48,606 nt of DNA, taken from contig CAZEVT010000001.1 in NCBI GenBank assembly GCA_964515005.1, positions 40,130 to 88,735 on the forward strand, given 5' to 3'. The DNA is from an uncultured Gammaproteobacteria bacterium. GTDB taxonomy: Bacteria > Patescibacteriota > Microgenomatia > UBA10105 > UBA927. Below the pieces are notes generated by a model that was not told the DNA's origin, ran no database searches, and was given only the letters and a program-made list of their open reading frames with translations. How positions within the stretch are numbered: position 1 is the stretch's first letter; the number at the start of each line of letters is the position of its first letter. Shown in pieces: positions 9,815 through 20,099 of this stretch. The position numbers and the translations under genes are program-made.

Positions 9815-10099
9815 TTAGGTCTTGTCCATGGTTCGCTTGGTCACTTGTCCGTGGCCCCGGAAGGTACGCGTGGGAGAAAACTCACCCAGGCGGTGCCCGA
9901 CCATGGCCTCGGATATAAAGACTTCAATATGAGTCCTTCCGTTGTGGACCGCAAACTTGTGTCCGACAAAGTCCGGCGCAATCTGACTATTCCTGGACCA
10001 GGTTTTGATGGCACTACGGTCCCCGCTTCCTTTTTGCCTGTTGACCTTGGTCAAAAGATTGCGGTCTATGTATGGTCCTTTTTTGCTGCTTCGTGACAT
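9815..10099 (-). CDS. rpsS: 30S ribosomal protein S19
   Basis: [15 protein letters not shown].......IKTWSR.S.I.P.FVGH.FAVHNG......I.E.MVGH.LGEF.PTR.F.GH. Confidence 0.95.
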   Translation of the reverse strand: MSRSSKKGPYIDRNLLTKVNRQKGSGDRSAIKTWSRNSQIAPDFVGHKFAVHNGRTHIEVFISEAMVGHRLGEFSPTRTFRGHGQVTKRTMDKT

Positions 10100-10106
10100 G
10101 TTTTTT

Positions 10107-10862
10107 TTATTTCCTTCTTTGTAAAATAAACTTGTTGCTGTACTTTTTCTTCGTCCTGGTTTTCTTGCCTAAGGTGTGCTTTCCCCATGGACTCTTTGGT
10201 GAACTCATGCCGATTCCGCTTCTTCCCTCTCCTCCACCGTGGGGATGAGATCTCGGATTCATAGCAACTCCACGTACCCCAGGCCGGATACCCATGTGCC
10301 TACTTGTTCCTGCTTTTCCAATGACGCGATTTCGCCATTCCACATTGCCGACCTGACCGACGGTTGCGCGGCACTTCGCGTCAAAGACGCGGACTTCGCC
10401 CGAAGGAAGCTTCAATTGTACCGTATTTCCGTCAACGGCCAGTACTGTCGCCGCAGTTCCCGCGCTTCGAATCATCTGGGCACCGTGGCCCGGCTTGATT
10501 TCAACATTGTGGACCAGTGTCCCCACGGGAATTGCCCCCAGGGGCATACAATTGCCGGGAAGGATATCAGTCGCACTCGCCGAAATCACCGTTGCTCCTA
10601 CCACCAAACCAACAGGCGCCGGAATATAACGCTTGTCCCCATCGGAATACACAAGAAGTGCAACATCCGCGGTCCGGTTCGGGTCATATTCCAGGGAAGC
10701 GACCTTCGCAGGCACGCCGATTTTGTCCCGCTTCCAGTCGATCACCCGAAGATACCGTTTGTGACGGCCGCCCTGATGGCGCATGGACACGTGTCCCTGG
10801 ACATCCCGCCCGGATTTTTTCGGTAAAATAATAGTCAAGCTTTTTGGTGTCGTAAATTCCAT
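10107..10862 (-). CDS. rplB: 50S ribosomal protein L2
   Basis: Contains GRNN-type core segments, ..[16 protein letters not shown]. The start is placed at ATG 10862 (MEFTTPKSL..), immediately after the rplW stop. The ORF-track extension to 10910 overlaps rplW. Confidence 0.92.
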   Translation of the reverse strand: MEFTTPKSLTIILPKKSGRDVQGHVSMRHQGGRHKRYLRVIDWKRDKIGVPAKVASLEYDPNRTADVALLVYSDGDKRYIPAPVGLVVGATVISASATDILPGNCMPLGAIPVGTLVHNVEIKPGHGAQMIRSAGTAATVLAVDGNTVQLKLPSGEVRVFDAKCRATVGQVGNVEWRNRVIGKAGTSRHMGIRPGVRGVAMNPRSHPHGGGEGRSGIGMSSPKSPWGKHTLGKKTRTKKKYSNKFILQRRK

Positions 10863-10863
10863 A

Positions 10864-11202
10864 TTACTTGCCCGCCTTAGCTTTAGCGACGGCGGGTTTT
10901 TTCTCCTCAACTGGTGCTTCTTTGCTCGTTACCTCAAACGCATCGATCTGTTGCCCCTTCTTCACCTGGGCAATCGCCTTCTTGGTGTCGGACTTTCTGG
11001 TAGATACCATTTTCTTGCCATGCCTGCGCACTTTGCCGTGGACCGCGATGGTTCGCACCGTCAGGACATTTACGTGATACATCGTTTCCACTTCACGAGC
11101 GATCTGTTCTTTGTTCGCGTGTTTGGAAACGGCAAACGTATACCAGCCGTCTCGGGCGAGACCCAGCGATTTTTCTGTAATGATAGGGCGAATGATGTAC
11201 AT
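10864..11202 (-). CDS. rplW: 50S ribosomal protein L23
   Basis: [12 protein letters not shown] is a canonical L23 N-terminus. A Lys/Ala/Glu-rich C-terminal tail is present. Confidence 0.92.
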   Translation of the reverse strand: MYIIRPIITEKSLGLARDGWYTFAVSKHANKEQIAREVETMYHVNVLTVRTIAVHGKVRRHGKKMVSTRKSDTKKAIAQVKKGQQIDAFEVTSKEAPVEEKKPAVAKAKAGK

Positions 11203-11204
11203 AA

Positions 11205-11876
11205 TTACTTCTTTAGCCCCGCAAGGGCTTCTTTCATAAATACGACATTTCCGTGTGTCATGACGCCGTACGTATGAAGATCCGTCACCGGCAACACATC
11301 AACGCGATCTAGGTTTCTCGATGCACGGACAACTGCTTCTGCGTCATTTGGAACGACTAGAAGTGTTTTTCCATGAAGTCCGATTGCTCCAAATGCTTTT
11401 GCTACCAATTTCGTTTTGGGTTTAAGATCGGTCAATCCGGAAACCACCTTCACATTTCCTTTTTCATATTGCTGGGAAAGAGCAGATGCGAGTGCCGCCT
11501 GTTTCATCTTGTGCGGGAACTTCATGCTGTAATCGCGCGGCTTTGGCCCGAATACGATGCCGCCCCCGACAAAAATAGGCGCACGGATTGCTCCGTGACG
11601 CGCTCGCCCTGTTCCCTTTTGCTTGTAGATTTTTCGCGTTGATCCTTCAACCTGCCCCCGGGTTTTGGTTGAGGCATTCCCGACCCGTTGATTTGCCAAA
11701 TACACACGAGTTGCAAGGGCAATGAGTTGTTTGTTTACTTTTTGACCAAAGTATTCAGAGGGAAGCGTGACGGAGCCTGCCGCCTTTCCGTCCGTACCCA
11801 CGACCGAGGCCCGGATGCCGGTTTCTTTTACTACTTTTGCTGCTGGTTTTACTTTGACTGCTTTTTTGACTGCCAT
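11205..11876 (-). CDS. rplD: 50S ribosomal protein L4
   Basis: Contains ..NQRVGNASTKTRG.V.GS.RK.YKQKGTGRARHG..RAPIFVGGG..FGP. The start is placed at ATG 11876 (MAVKKAV..), just after the rplC stop. Confidence 0.9.
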   Translation of the reverse strand: MAVKKAVKVKPAAKVVKETGIRASVVGTDGKAAGSVTLPSEYFGQKVNKQLIALATRVYLANQRVGNASTKTRGQVEGSTRKIYKQKGTGRARHGAIRAPIFVGGGIVFGPKPRDYSMKFPHKMKQAALASALSQQYEKGNVKVVSGLTDLKPKTKLVAKAFGAIGLHGKTLLVVPNDAEAVVRASRNLDRVDVLPVTDLHTYGVMTHGNVVFMKEALAGLKK

Positions 11877-11877
11877 A

Positions 11878-12498
11878 TTACCCCTTTTTTTGAATAAGAA
11901 GGAGGCCATTTTTGCCTCCGGGAACCAATCCTTTTACCGTCAATATATTCATTTCTGCGTCAACTGCGACCACCTGAAGTTTTCGAAGCGTCACCTGGTC
12001 ATTGCCCATGCGGCCGGCCATTCGTTTGCCCCGATACACGCGGCCGGGAGTGGTCGTCGCGCCGATACTTCCCGGAGCCCGTTCACGGTCTGATTGGCCG
12101 TGAGTTCTGGGGCCGCCCATAAAGTGGTGGCGCTTGACGACTCCGGCAAACCCTTTGCCTTTGCTTACTCCGGAAATCGTTATCTTGTCTCCAACGGAAA
12201 GCACATCCCCGACCTTAATCTCGGCTCCCGGTTTGTCGGCATCAGAAAGCTCCGAAACCCGAAATTCCCGTAAAAAACGGAGCTTTTTGTCTAGCCCCGC
12301 TTTCTTTATGTGTCCAATTTCGGCTTTGGAGAGATTTTTGATGGCGCCGAAACCGAGTTGAATGCTTTTATAGGTTTCTCCGTCGTGAACTTTGGTAACC
12401 CAGCACGGACCTGCCTGTATCATGGTGACGGGAATTCGCTTGCCCGCGCCATCAAAGGCTTGTGTCTGACTCATTTTGGTTCCCAGTAGTGCATTCAT
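11878..12498 (-). CDS. rplC: 50S ribosomal protein L3
   Basis: The conserved L3 N-terminus MNALLGTKMSQTQAF begins at ATG 12498. Also contains ..GKGFAGVVKRHHF.GGP..HG. The ORF-track extension to 12567 runs through a terminator-like hairpin, so it is probably non-coding. Confidence 0.9.
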   Translation of the reverse strand: MNALLGTKMSQTQAFDGAGKRIPVTMIQAGPCWVTKVHDGETYKSIQLGFGAIKNLSKAEIGHIKKAGLDKKLRFLREFRVSELSDADKPGAEIKVGDVLSVGDKITISGVSKGKGFAGVVKRHHFMGGPRTHGQSDRERAPGSIGATTTPGRVYRGKRMAGRMGNDQVTLRKLQVVAVDAEMNILTVKGLVPGGKNGLLLIQKKG

Positions 12499-12509
12499 AG
12501 TGTCTTCCC

Positions 12510-12537
12510 AAAAAAAAGCGACCCCGGTTGAGGTCGC
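12510..12537 (-). terminator. intrinsic-terminator-like hairpin plus U8 tract in the rpsJ-rplC spacer (possible attenuator)
   Basis: The minus-strand RNA reads GCGACCUC-AACC-GGGGUCGC (8 bp including one G.U pair, 4-nt loop; 12537..12518). It is followed by eight U (12517..12510). It ends 11 nt before the rplC ATG. Confidence 0.55.
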
Positions 12538-12596
12538 ACTCATCCGAGACTTTTGATAGGTTAGCAATGAAAGGTTTTTCCCTCCATATCAAGCTA

Positions 12597-12605
12597 AGTA
12601 TACCA
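12597..12605 (-). promoter_or_regulatory. candidate extended -10 element (TGgTATACT) downstream of rpsJ
   Basis: The minus strand reads TGGTATACT at 12605..12597, about 20 nt after the rpsJ stop codon. No convincing -35 box was seen. Confidence 0.3.
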
Positions 12606-12627
12606 GAGTATCTCTCTTAATTCCAAT

Positions 12628-12936
12628 TTACATTTTGATCTCTACATCGACTCCTGCAGGCAGATCCAGGTGCATCAGCTGATCGATAGTCTTGTCAGTC
12701 GGCTCAATGATATCAATCAGGCGCTTGTGCGTCTTGATCATGAAATCTTCCCGGCTATTGCGGTCGATAAAAGGACTTCTCGCTACGTTAAAATGTTCGC
12801 GGTCGGTAGGAAGCGGAATAGGTCCCACGACCTGCGCACCCGTTCGAACTGCGGTATCTAAAATCTTCTGACAGCAATCATCAATAATCCTGCTGTCATA
12901 CGCTTTTAAACGTACTCGTATTCGTCCTTTTGGCAT
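12628..12936 (-). CDS. rpsJ: 30S ribosomal protein S10
   Basis: 102 aa. Contains ..IRVRLKAYD...ID.....I........[10 protein letters not shown]......V.RSP..D..SRE.F...THKRLIDI. Confidence 0.95.
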   Translation of the reverse strand: MPKGRIRVRLKAYDSRIIDDCCQKILDTAVRTGAQVVGPIPLPTDREHFNVARSPFIDRNSREDFMIKTHKRLIDIIEPTDKTIDQLMHLDLPAGVDVEIKM

Positions 12937-12975
12937 AGTAGAAATCTCTCAAAGAGCTTAGGCGAACTAATTCCC

Positions 12976-14163
<1,188 letters not shown>

Positions 14164-14295
14164 AGGGCCTCCTTTTACCCCGATCCAATCGGGGCTAATT
14201 AATAAATACTGTTATAACAACAAAAAAACCTCAACTCACCTGAGCCTTGAATATATTGTACCACAGCTTCCCCACGCTGACAATAGGCCTCACGC

Positions 14296-16419
14296 TTAGG
14301 CGCGGGTAATGCTGCTGCGGCCGGACTGCTCGATAATCTTCTCCTGGATGTTTCGCGGCACCTCTTCGTAGTGGGACGGCTCCATATAATAGGTCGCGCG
14401 GCCTTTACTCATGCTTCGGAGCGTGGTGGCATACCCGGAAAGCTCAGCCAAAGGAACCATGGCCACAATCACGGTCACGTGGCCGCGCTTGCTCGTTCCC
14501 AAAATCTGCGAGCGCTTGGCGCCGAGGTCACCGATGATGTCTCCCATAAACTCATCAGGCGTCGTTACCTCCACCTTCATGATAGGCTCGAGTATCGTGG
14601 CTTGTGCCTGCTTCACCGCATGTTGGAGGGCCATACTTCCTGCGATTTTGAAGGCAATTTCCGAGGAATCAACATCATGGTAGGTTCCGTCGTAGAGCGT
14701 CACCGACATGTCAACCAATGGGTAGCCGGCAACCACGCCGTTTTCCATGGCTTCGCGGATACCCTTTTCGATAGGGGCGATAAACTCCTTGGGGATGGCG
14801 CCGCCCTTGATGTCATTGATCCACTCGTACCCTTCGCCCCGGCCCTTGGGTGCAATACGGATGAAACAGTGACCGTATTGACCGCGGCCTCCGGATTGGC
14901 GGATATATTTCCCTTCCCCTTCCGCTTCAGCCTTGATCGTTTCTTTGTAGGCAACCTGCGGGGCCCCGACATTTGCCTCTACCTTAAACTCGCGTTTCAT
15001 GCGGTCGACAAGGATCTCAAGATGAAGCTCTCCCATGCCCCAGATGATCGTCTGGTTGGTTTCGAGATTAGATTTAATCTTAAACGTGGGATCTTCCTCA
15101 CTAAGCCTTTGCAAGGCATAGCCCATCTTTTCCTGGTCGTTTTTGGTTTTGGGCTCGATGGCCAGGGAAATAACCGGATCGGGGAAGGAAATTTTCTCCA
15201 AAACAATCGGATTATCCTGGGAACAGACGGTGTCTCCGGTAATTGTCTCCTTAAATCCGACAACCGCAACGATTTCTCCGGCATACGCTTCTTTGATTTC
15301 TTCCCGTTGGTTGGCATGCATCAGAAGCAAGCGTCCCACGCGCTCTGTCCCGCCTTTTGAGGAATTGTAGGCGTAGCTTCCGGATTCGAGTTTTCCTGAA
15401 TAAATACGAACGTACGTAAGTTTCCCGACGTGCGGATCGATCTGGATTTTGAAGGCAAGCCCGGAGAATGGATCTTCTTTAACTCGATTGCGGCTAATTT
15501 TCTCACCGGTCTTTGGATCCGTCCCCTCAACAGGAGGGAGATCTAAAGGAGAAGGAAGATAGTCAACGACGGCATCAAGAAGCGGCTGGACGCCTTTATT
15601 CCGCAGGCTGGATCCGGCATAGATAGGCACGAGCTTGTAGGCAATGACTGCCCGGCGAAGCGCAGCCTTGAGTTCTTCAACCGTGGGCTCGGTACCATTG
15701 AGAAATTTCTCAAGAAGCGCGTCGTCAGTTTCTGAAATGCGCTCGACCAGTGCGGCGCGGGATTTTTCCACTTCGTCTTTGAGATCCGAAGGAATTTTGA
15801 CCTCATCGGGGTGCGCCCCGAGATCGTCCGAATTCCATACGTAGGCAACCCTGGGCAACAGATCGACAATCCCTTTAAACGTGTTTTCCACTCCGATCGG
15901 GACCACCATCACGGCACAGTGGGCGCCTAAGCGGTCTTCGATCGATTTGATCGTGGCTCGGAAATCTGCGCCCAGCTTGTCCATTTTATTGATAAAGCAG
16001 AGGCGGGGTACGAGGTATTTATCTGCCTGGTGCCACACGGTCTCCGATTGCGACTGCACGCCCTCTTCAGCGTCAAGAACCGTAATGCCTCCATCAAGAA
16101 CACGGAGAGACCGTTCTACTTCTGCGGTAAAGTCAACGTGTCCCGGGGTATCGATGATGTTGAAGCGGTAGTTTTTCCAAAATGCGGTGGTTGCAGCAGA
16201 GACAATCGTAATTCCCCGTTCTTTTTCCTGCTCCATCCAGTCCATTTGGGTGGTACCCTCGTCGATGTCTCCGATTTTGTATGACCTACCGGTGTAATAC
16301 AAAATCCGCTCGGTGGTCGTGGTTTTCCCGGCATCAATATGCGCGATGATGCCGATGTTCCGCACTTTATCAAGTGGAACATCTCGCTGTTCGGTCGTAA
16401 TGGTTGTTGGTGCGGCCAT
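14296..16419 (-). CDS. fusA: elongation factor G
   Basis: Contains [28 protein letters not shown]. The start is placed at ATG 16419 ([12 protein letters not shown]..). The track start at 16440 is a TTG inside a leader hairpin. Confidence 0.96.
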   Translation of the reverse strand: MAAPTTITTEQRDVPLDKVRNIGIIAHIDAGKTTTTERILYYTGRSYKIGDIDEGTTQMDWMEQEKERGITIVSAATTAFWKNYRFNIIDTPGHVDFTAEVERSLRVLDGGITVLDAEEGVQSQSETVWHQADKYLVPRLCFINKMDKLGADFRATIKSIEDRLGAHCAVMVVPIGVENTFKGIVDLLPRVAYVWNSDDLGAHPDEVKIPSDLKDEVEKSRAALVERISETDDALLEKFLNGTEPTVEELKAALRRAVIAYKLVPIYAGSSLRNKGVQPLLDAVVDYLPSPLDLPPVEGTDPKTGEKISRNRVKEDPFSGLAFKIQIDPHVGKLTYVRIYSGKLESGSYAYNSSKGGTERVGRLLLMHANQREEIKEAYAGEIVAVVGFKETITGDTVCSQDNPIVLEKISFPDPVISLAIEPKTKNDQEKMGYALQRLSEEDPTFKIKSNLETNQTIIWGMGELHLEILVDRMKREFKVEANVGAPQVAYKETIKAEAEGEGKYIRQSGGRGQYGHCFIRIAPKGRGEGYEWINDIKGGAIPKEFIAPIEKGIREAMENGVVAGYPLVDMSVTLYDGTYHDVDSSEIAFKIAGSMALQHAVKQAQATILEPIMKVEVTTPDEFMGDIIGDLGAKRSQILGTSKRGHVTVIVAMVPLAELSGYATTLRSMSKGRATYYMEPSHYEEVPRNIQEKIIEQSGRSSITRA

Positions 16420-16422
16420 AAT

Positions 16423-16450
16423 AAAAAGGGCTACGCACAAGCGCGCAGCC
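16423..16450 (-). promoter_or_regulatory. imperfect hairpin plus U-rich tract in the fusA leader
   Basis: The minus-strand RNA reads GGCUGCGCGCUUGUGCGUAGCC (7 bp with one mismatch, 16450..16429), then CUUUUUAUU directly abutting the ATG at 16419. Confidence 0.3.
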
Positions 16451-16466
16451 GTGTTTCAACCCCAAT

Positions 16467-16495
16467 ATTGTACTAAAATTTTGCGACCTTGTCTA
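16467..16495 (-). promoter_or_regulatory. candidate promoter for fusA-tuf (TAGACA-17 nt-TACAAT)
   Basis: On the minus strand, TAGACA lies at 16495..16490, followed by a 17-nt spacer, then TACAAT at 16472..16467. It lies about 48 nt upstream of the fusA ATG. Confidence 0.45.
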
Positions 16496-16556
16496 TAACT
16501 TGCGAAGCACATTGAGGTAGTTATCTACGCCATGCTTTGTATATACTAAAATTTTG
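16471..16556. repeat. 13-bp direct repeat TACTAAAATTTTG, two copies 73 bp apart
   Basis: Identical 13-mers lie at 16471..16483 and 16544..16556 on the plus strand. On the minus strand each reads CAAAATTTTAGTA and runs into a -10-like hexamer (TACAAT or TATATA). Confidence 0.8.
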
Positions 16557-16559
16557 AAG

Positions 16560-16811
16560 CTATTTGAGAAGAACCACATTCACAAATCGTTGTCCATTCT
16601 CAACCCCACCCTGAGTGCGATATTCAATTCTATAATTTCTACCCAACCCATCTCGTACATACGTTGCCCCAGGTCTCATAACCTCTTTATTAAGTGGTTT
16701 GACAATCTTGAATGGAACATCTCCCTGTGTTTTTAATCGCTCCCATGCCTCGACTGTGTACGCAGCGGAATCACCTTCGATAAGAGGAATGCGGCCCTGG
16801 AGCTTCTTCAT
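16560..16811 (-). CDS. hypothetical protein (83 aa), no recognisable family
   Basis: Intact ATG..TAG ORF. TACTAT lies 7 nt upstream of the ATG. G+C is lower than in neighbours (hand count 51/120 over 16561-16680). Confidence 0.5.
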   Translation of the reverse strand: MKKLQGRIPLIEGDSAAYTVEAWERLKTQGDVPFKIVKPLNKEVMRPGATYVRDGLGRNYRIEYRTQGGVENGQRFVNVVLLK

Positions 16812-17022
16812 GGGCTATATAGTACTCTCTTTCTCTGGAATTTTCAACTCTTTAAGGACACTCTCCATTATATTTCAATCAAATTACTGTCGGCTTCTGA
16901 GATTCCAAACTGCCCGAACGTTAATTTGTAAAATCCTGTGTGACCCCCAGCATAACGCTTACTTCCTTCCGAGGTCTACGTCCTCGCGTCGGAAGAGCGC
17001 GTATGCGGGGCAGGCATCATCC

Positions 17023-17991
17023 CTAGTTCGTAAAGTCTTGGGTCACCATCATGCCATACCTGTCCGTGCTGATGATCCCGATGCCGATGTGGCGGAAGGA
17101 GGGATCCAGGATATTTCTCCGGTGGCCGGGACTGTTCATAAGACCCGCGTGTGCAATTGCCACATCCGGAGCATAGGCTAAATTTTCCCCTGCAACAGTG
17201 TAGGGGACGCTGCCCTGGGTGAGCCTGTCCCCTGCGTCTTTCCCGTCTGGATTGACGTGGGCAAAATACTGCCGCAAAAACATATCCCTGCTGTGTTCCC
17301 GGGCTACTGCGGTTGTTTTTATATCCACTGTGAAGTTCGGCAGTCCTGCTTTTTTCCGTTCTGCGTTAAGAAGCGCAAGCATGTCCCGTTCGGCGGGATC
17401 ATCAACAAGGAGCTCACTGGCTTTGGCCGCCACATCGAGGGCGACCCGTTCTTTGGACCCCGGCTCAATGGTACGGAATTTAATCGCCTCATCTCTCACC
17501 TGTTCGATCGTTGATTTAATCGGTGCGCCGTATTTCTCCACAAGAGCAACGAGTGAGTTTCCGATCTTGGAAGCTTTAATATCCGCTCGAACCGTACCCC
17601 GGAGAGGAAGCGCAAGAATAACGAGGAGTATAAATGAGATAATGATGAGTCCGTTAAAAACCGAAATGAGAATCCCCAGCCATTTATTTGCTTTCGAAGA
17701 AATGAGTTTCTTGGGTATTTTCTTCATCACGAACCACGCAACTTCCGAAAGAATTGCCTCGGCGATGAAGGCGACGATGATATACCCCAGGACCGTCGAC
17801 CACATCGGGGCAATGCCGAATTTGTCCGTAAGAAAGTCGCCAACCGGCGCATGGAATTTGACGGCAAACCATAACGAGGCAAGAAACGTGACAAAAGAGA
17901 GTCCCAGATCAGCAAATCCCGAAATCCACCCCTGGAATCCGTAATACGCAAGGACGCCGACAATCACCCAGTCGATCCAGTTGAAGGTCAT
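17023..17991 (-). CDS. CvpA-family membrane domain fused to an extracytoplasmic CAP/SCP (YkwD-like) domain
   Basis: The N-terminal ~170 aa carry four hydrophobic helices of CvpA style (MTFNWIDWVIVGVLAYYGFQGWISGF..). The C-terminal ~120 aa read LNAERKKAGLP..REHSRDM....YFAH.NPDG......L........GENLAY......AH.GLMNSPGHRRNIL...F.HIGIG, typical of the CAP/SCP domain. Confidence 0.8.
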   Translation of the reverse strand: MTFNWIDWVIVGVLAYYGFQGWISGFADLGLSFVTFLASLWFAVKFHAPVGDFLTDKFGIAPMWSTVLGYIIVAFIAEAILSEVAWFVMKKIPKKLISSKANKWLGILISVFNGLIIISFILLVILALPLRGTVRADIKASKIGNSLVALVEKYGAPIKSTIEQVRDEAIKFRTIEPGSKERVALDVAAKASELLVDDPAERDMLALLNAERKKAGLPNFTVDIKTTAVAREHSRDMFLRQYFAHVNPDGKDAGDRLTQGSVPYTVAGENLAYAPDVAIAHAGLMNSPGHRRNILDPSFRHIGIGIISTDRYGMMVTQDFTN

Positions 17992-18057
17992 ACACTCATT
18001 GTAGCCAAATCGTACAATTTGAGCTATAGTTAATTTTGTGAGATACTTAACAACAGT

Positions 18058-18510
18058 ATGAAAAATCCAATCTTCGGATGCCTTGCGGCTCTTGCTGTGA
18101 CGGCCGGCGCCTGGTGGTATATCTCCGACTCTGATTTAATGCCCGGTGTATTCAACCAAAGTTCTCTGTCGGTAAATCAAACAGGTCAGAATTCTCAACA
18201 AGCAGCAACACGCTACCTCGCCTACTCCCAAGAGGCATTTGAGGCGGCACGCGATACAAAGCGGGTCTTGTACTTTCATGCACCGTGGTGCTCAACCTGC
18301 ATACCTACGGACAAAGAACTTTCCGATGAACGCGACAAAATTCCCGAAGGCGTCACCCTGTTTAAAACCGACTACGACACCTCCATTGAATTGAAGAGAA
18401 AATATAATATCGCCTATCAACACACATTTGTTCTCGTAGATGCTGCTGGCCGTGAAATCACCAAATGGAACGGGGGCGCAATTACCGAGCTTATTGAGCG
18501 TACCAAGTAA
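18058..18510 (+). CDS. membrane-anchored thioredoxin-like protein (WCSTC active site)
   Basis: A single N-terminal hydrophobic helix is followed by a thioredoxin-fold segment, VLYFHAPWCSTCIPTDKEL. The stop lies 6 nt before the dipZ-like start. Confidence 0.8.
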   Translation: MKNPIFGCLAALAVTAGAWWYISDSDLMPGVFNQSSLSVNQTGQNSQQAATRYLAYSQEAFEAARDTKRVLYFHAPWCSTCIPTDKELSDERDKIPEGVTLFKTDYDTSIELKRKYNIAYQHTFVLVDAAGREITKWNGGAITELIERTK

Positions 18511-18516
18511 TTAGCC

Positions 18517-20079
18517 ATGATCCTCCTTGTCTTTTTTGCATTTCTCGCTGGTATCGTGACTATCTTATCCCCGTGCATTCTGCCGATTCTCCCGATTGTT
18601 TTATCCGGTTCGCTCACGGGCGGCAAACGGCGGCCGCTTGGCGTGGTAACCGGATTTATTTTAAGTTTTACCTTCTTTACTCTGTTTCTCTCGGCAATCG
18701 TGAAGGCAACCGGCATTTCCGCAGATGCGCTGCGCACAGTTGCTGTCGTGATGATCGCATCTTTCGGGCTAAGCCTCATTATCCCCAAATTTCGCGTTTG
18801 GATGGAAAAATTATTTTCGCAACTTTCGGGACTCTTACCCCAACAATCTCAAAGAGACGGGTTTATGGGTGGCATTCTCGTTGGTTTCACCCTCGGCCTT
18901 ATTTGGGCGCCGTGCGTTGGACCAATCCTCGCGTCGATAATCTCACTTGCGCTCACCGGAACGGTCACGGGGTCAGCAGTTGTCATCACCGTTGCCTACT
19001 CTGTGGGTACTGCTATCCCTATGCTTGCCATCACCTACGGCGGACGGACACTCCTTACCCGCATTCCATGGCTTACCCGAAATACTCTCGCAATCCAAAA
19101 GATATTTGGAGTTCTTATGATCGTCACAGCTATTGCGATTTACTTCAGTTGGGATCGCCAGTTTCAGGCGTATATTTTAGAAAAGTTTCCCAATTATGGT
19201 GTTGGGCTAACAAAGCTGGAAGACAACGATTTGGTAAAGAATGAACTTAAAAAAATGAAGGAACAACCCAACCTTGATTCTGCACCAAATCTTATAACCG
19301 GCGGTCAATGGTTCAACGGACAAAGCGTGACTCTTTTAGAACTACGAGGAAAGGTTGTACTAATGGATTTTTGGACATATACGTGCATAAATTGTATTCG
19401 AACACTTCCCTACCTCAAAAATTGGCATGCGAAGTACAAAGACAAGGGACTCATTATTATCGGCGTTCACACACCAGAATTTGAATTTGAAAAGAATCCC
19501 GACAACGTTGCCAAGGCCATTAAAGACTTTGATCTTGAATATCTCGTCATGCAAGATAATGACTTTGCCACCTGGAATGCGTATGACAACCGCTACTGGC
19601 CGGCAAAATATTTGATAGATAAAAACGGGAAAATTCGATATACGCATTTCGGCGAAGGCGACTATGACGAAACCGAGAAAAAAATCCAGGAGCTTCTTGC
19701 GCTGGATATGCCGATTGATAACCCCGAGTATCAGGTCCATGCCCGGACGCCGGAAACCTATCTTGGAACCGCACGGGGCGGGTTTGCACCAGCATATACG
19801 CTTGGAGGCAGCTGGACCAAATCAGAAGAATACGCCATGCCCGCCACCGGCGCAACACTTACTTTTCCCTTTGACGCCGCAGACGTATTCTTGGTCATGC
19901 GTCCAAAAGATAAACCGGGGAAAGTAGAAGTGTATTTGGACGGGAAATTAGTAAATACTATTACCGTAGATACCGACCGGCTCTATGACCTCATTAAACT
20001 CCCAACCCCCGGGCAACACATCCTGCTACTGAAATTTTTAGACCCCAACCTCGAACTCTACGCGTTTACATTTGGGTAA
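18517..20079 (+). CDS. dipZ: DipZ-type fusion: CcdA/DsbD-like thiol-disulfide transporter + TlpA-like thioredoxin domain + C-terminal beta domain
   Basis: The N-terminal polytopic domain has the two CcdA cysteines (LSPCILPILP and WAPCVGPI). It is followed by DFWTYTCINCIRTLPYLKNWHAKYKDKGLIIIGVHTPEFEFEK (a redoxin CxxC) and then a ~130-aa C-terminal domain. This matches the architecture I recall for Mycobacterium DipZ. Confidence 0.85.
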   Translation: MILLVFFAFLAGIVTILSPCILPILPIVLSGSLTGGKRRPLGVVTGFILSFTFFTLFLSAIVKATGISADALRTVAVVMIASFGLSLIIPKFRVWMEKLFSQLSGLLPQQSQRDGFMGGILVGFTLGLIWAPCVGPILASIISLALTGTVTGSAVVITVAYSVGTAIPMLAITYGGRTLLTRIPWLTRNTLAIQKIFGVLMIVTAIAIYFSWDRQFQAYILEKFPNYGVGLTKLEDNDLVKNELKKMKEQPNLDSAPNLITGGQWFNGQSVTLLELRGKVVLMDFWTYTCINCIRTLPYLKNWHAKYKDKGLIIIGVHTPEFEFEKNPDNVAKAIKDFDLEYLVMQDNDFATWNAYDNRYWPAKYLIDKNGKIRYTHFGEGDYDETEKKIQELLALDMPIDNPEYQVHARTPETYLGTARGGFAPAYTLGGSWTKSEEYAMPATGATLTFPFDAADVFLVMRPKDKPGKVEVYLDGKLVNTITVDTDRLYDLIKLPTPGQHILLLKFLDPNLELYAFTFG

Positions 20080-20092
20080 ATTTGAGTATAAT
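20065..20092 (+). promoter_or_regulatory. candidate promoter TTTACA-16 nt-TATAAT
   Basis: TTTACA lies at 20065..20070 and TATAAT at 20087..20092. The element overlaps the dipZ stop. The -10 box ends 7 nt before the in-frame ATG at 20100. Confidence 0.5.
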
Positions 20093-20099
20093 GCCCCCT

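Noticed and set aside
14178-14194. Perfect 7-bp hairpin (CCCCGAT-3 nt-ATCGGGG) in the fusA-tuf spacer, considered as a terminator.
   Set aside because: On the transcribed strand it is followed by UAAAAGGAGG (the tuf SD), not a U tract. It is more likely a 5' stabilising or processing stem-loop than a terminator, and I have no further evidence.
14371-15360. Long plus-strand ORFs antisense to core genes. Examples are 329 aa opposite fusA (14371..15360), 312 aa opposite rpoB (29513..30451), 264 aa opposite rpoC (26203..26997), 293 aa opposite rnj (44412..45293), 196 aa opposite rplE (6582..7172) and 196 aa opposite rplV/rpsS (9506..10096).
   Set aside because: Each lies entirely within a strongly supported conserved gene on the other strand. 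Their translations are low-complexity (Arg/Gly/His/Phe-rich) with no recognisable motifs. This is typical of shadow ORFs in moderately GC-rich coding DNA.
16699-17181. 160-aa plus-strand ORF spanning the 16812..17022 intergenic region and the 3' end of cvpA-CAP. I also considered a structured RNA or tRNA in this 212-nt spacer.
   Set aside because: The ORF is antisense to two better-supported genes and has no start context. In the spacer I found only a 7-bp stem with a large loop (CTTCCGA..TCGGAAG), with no U tract and no tRNA-like T-arm or anticodon-arm pattern.
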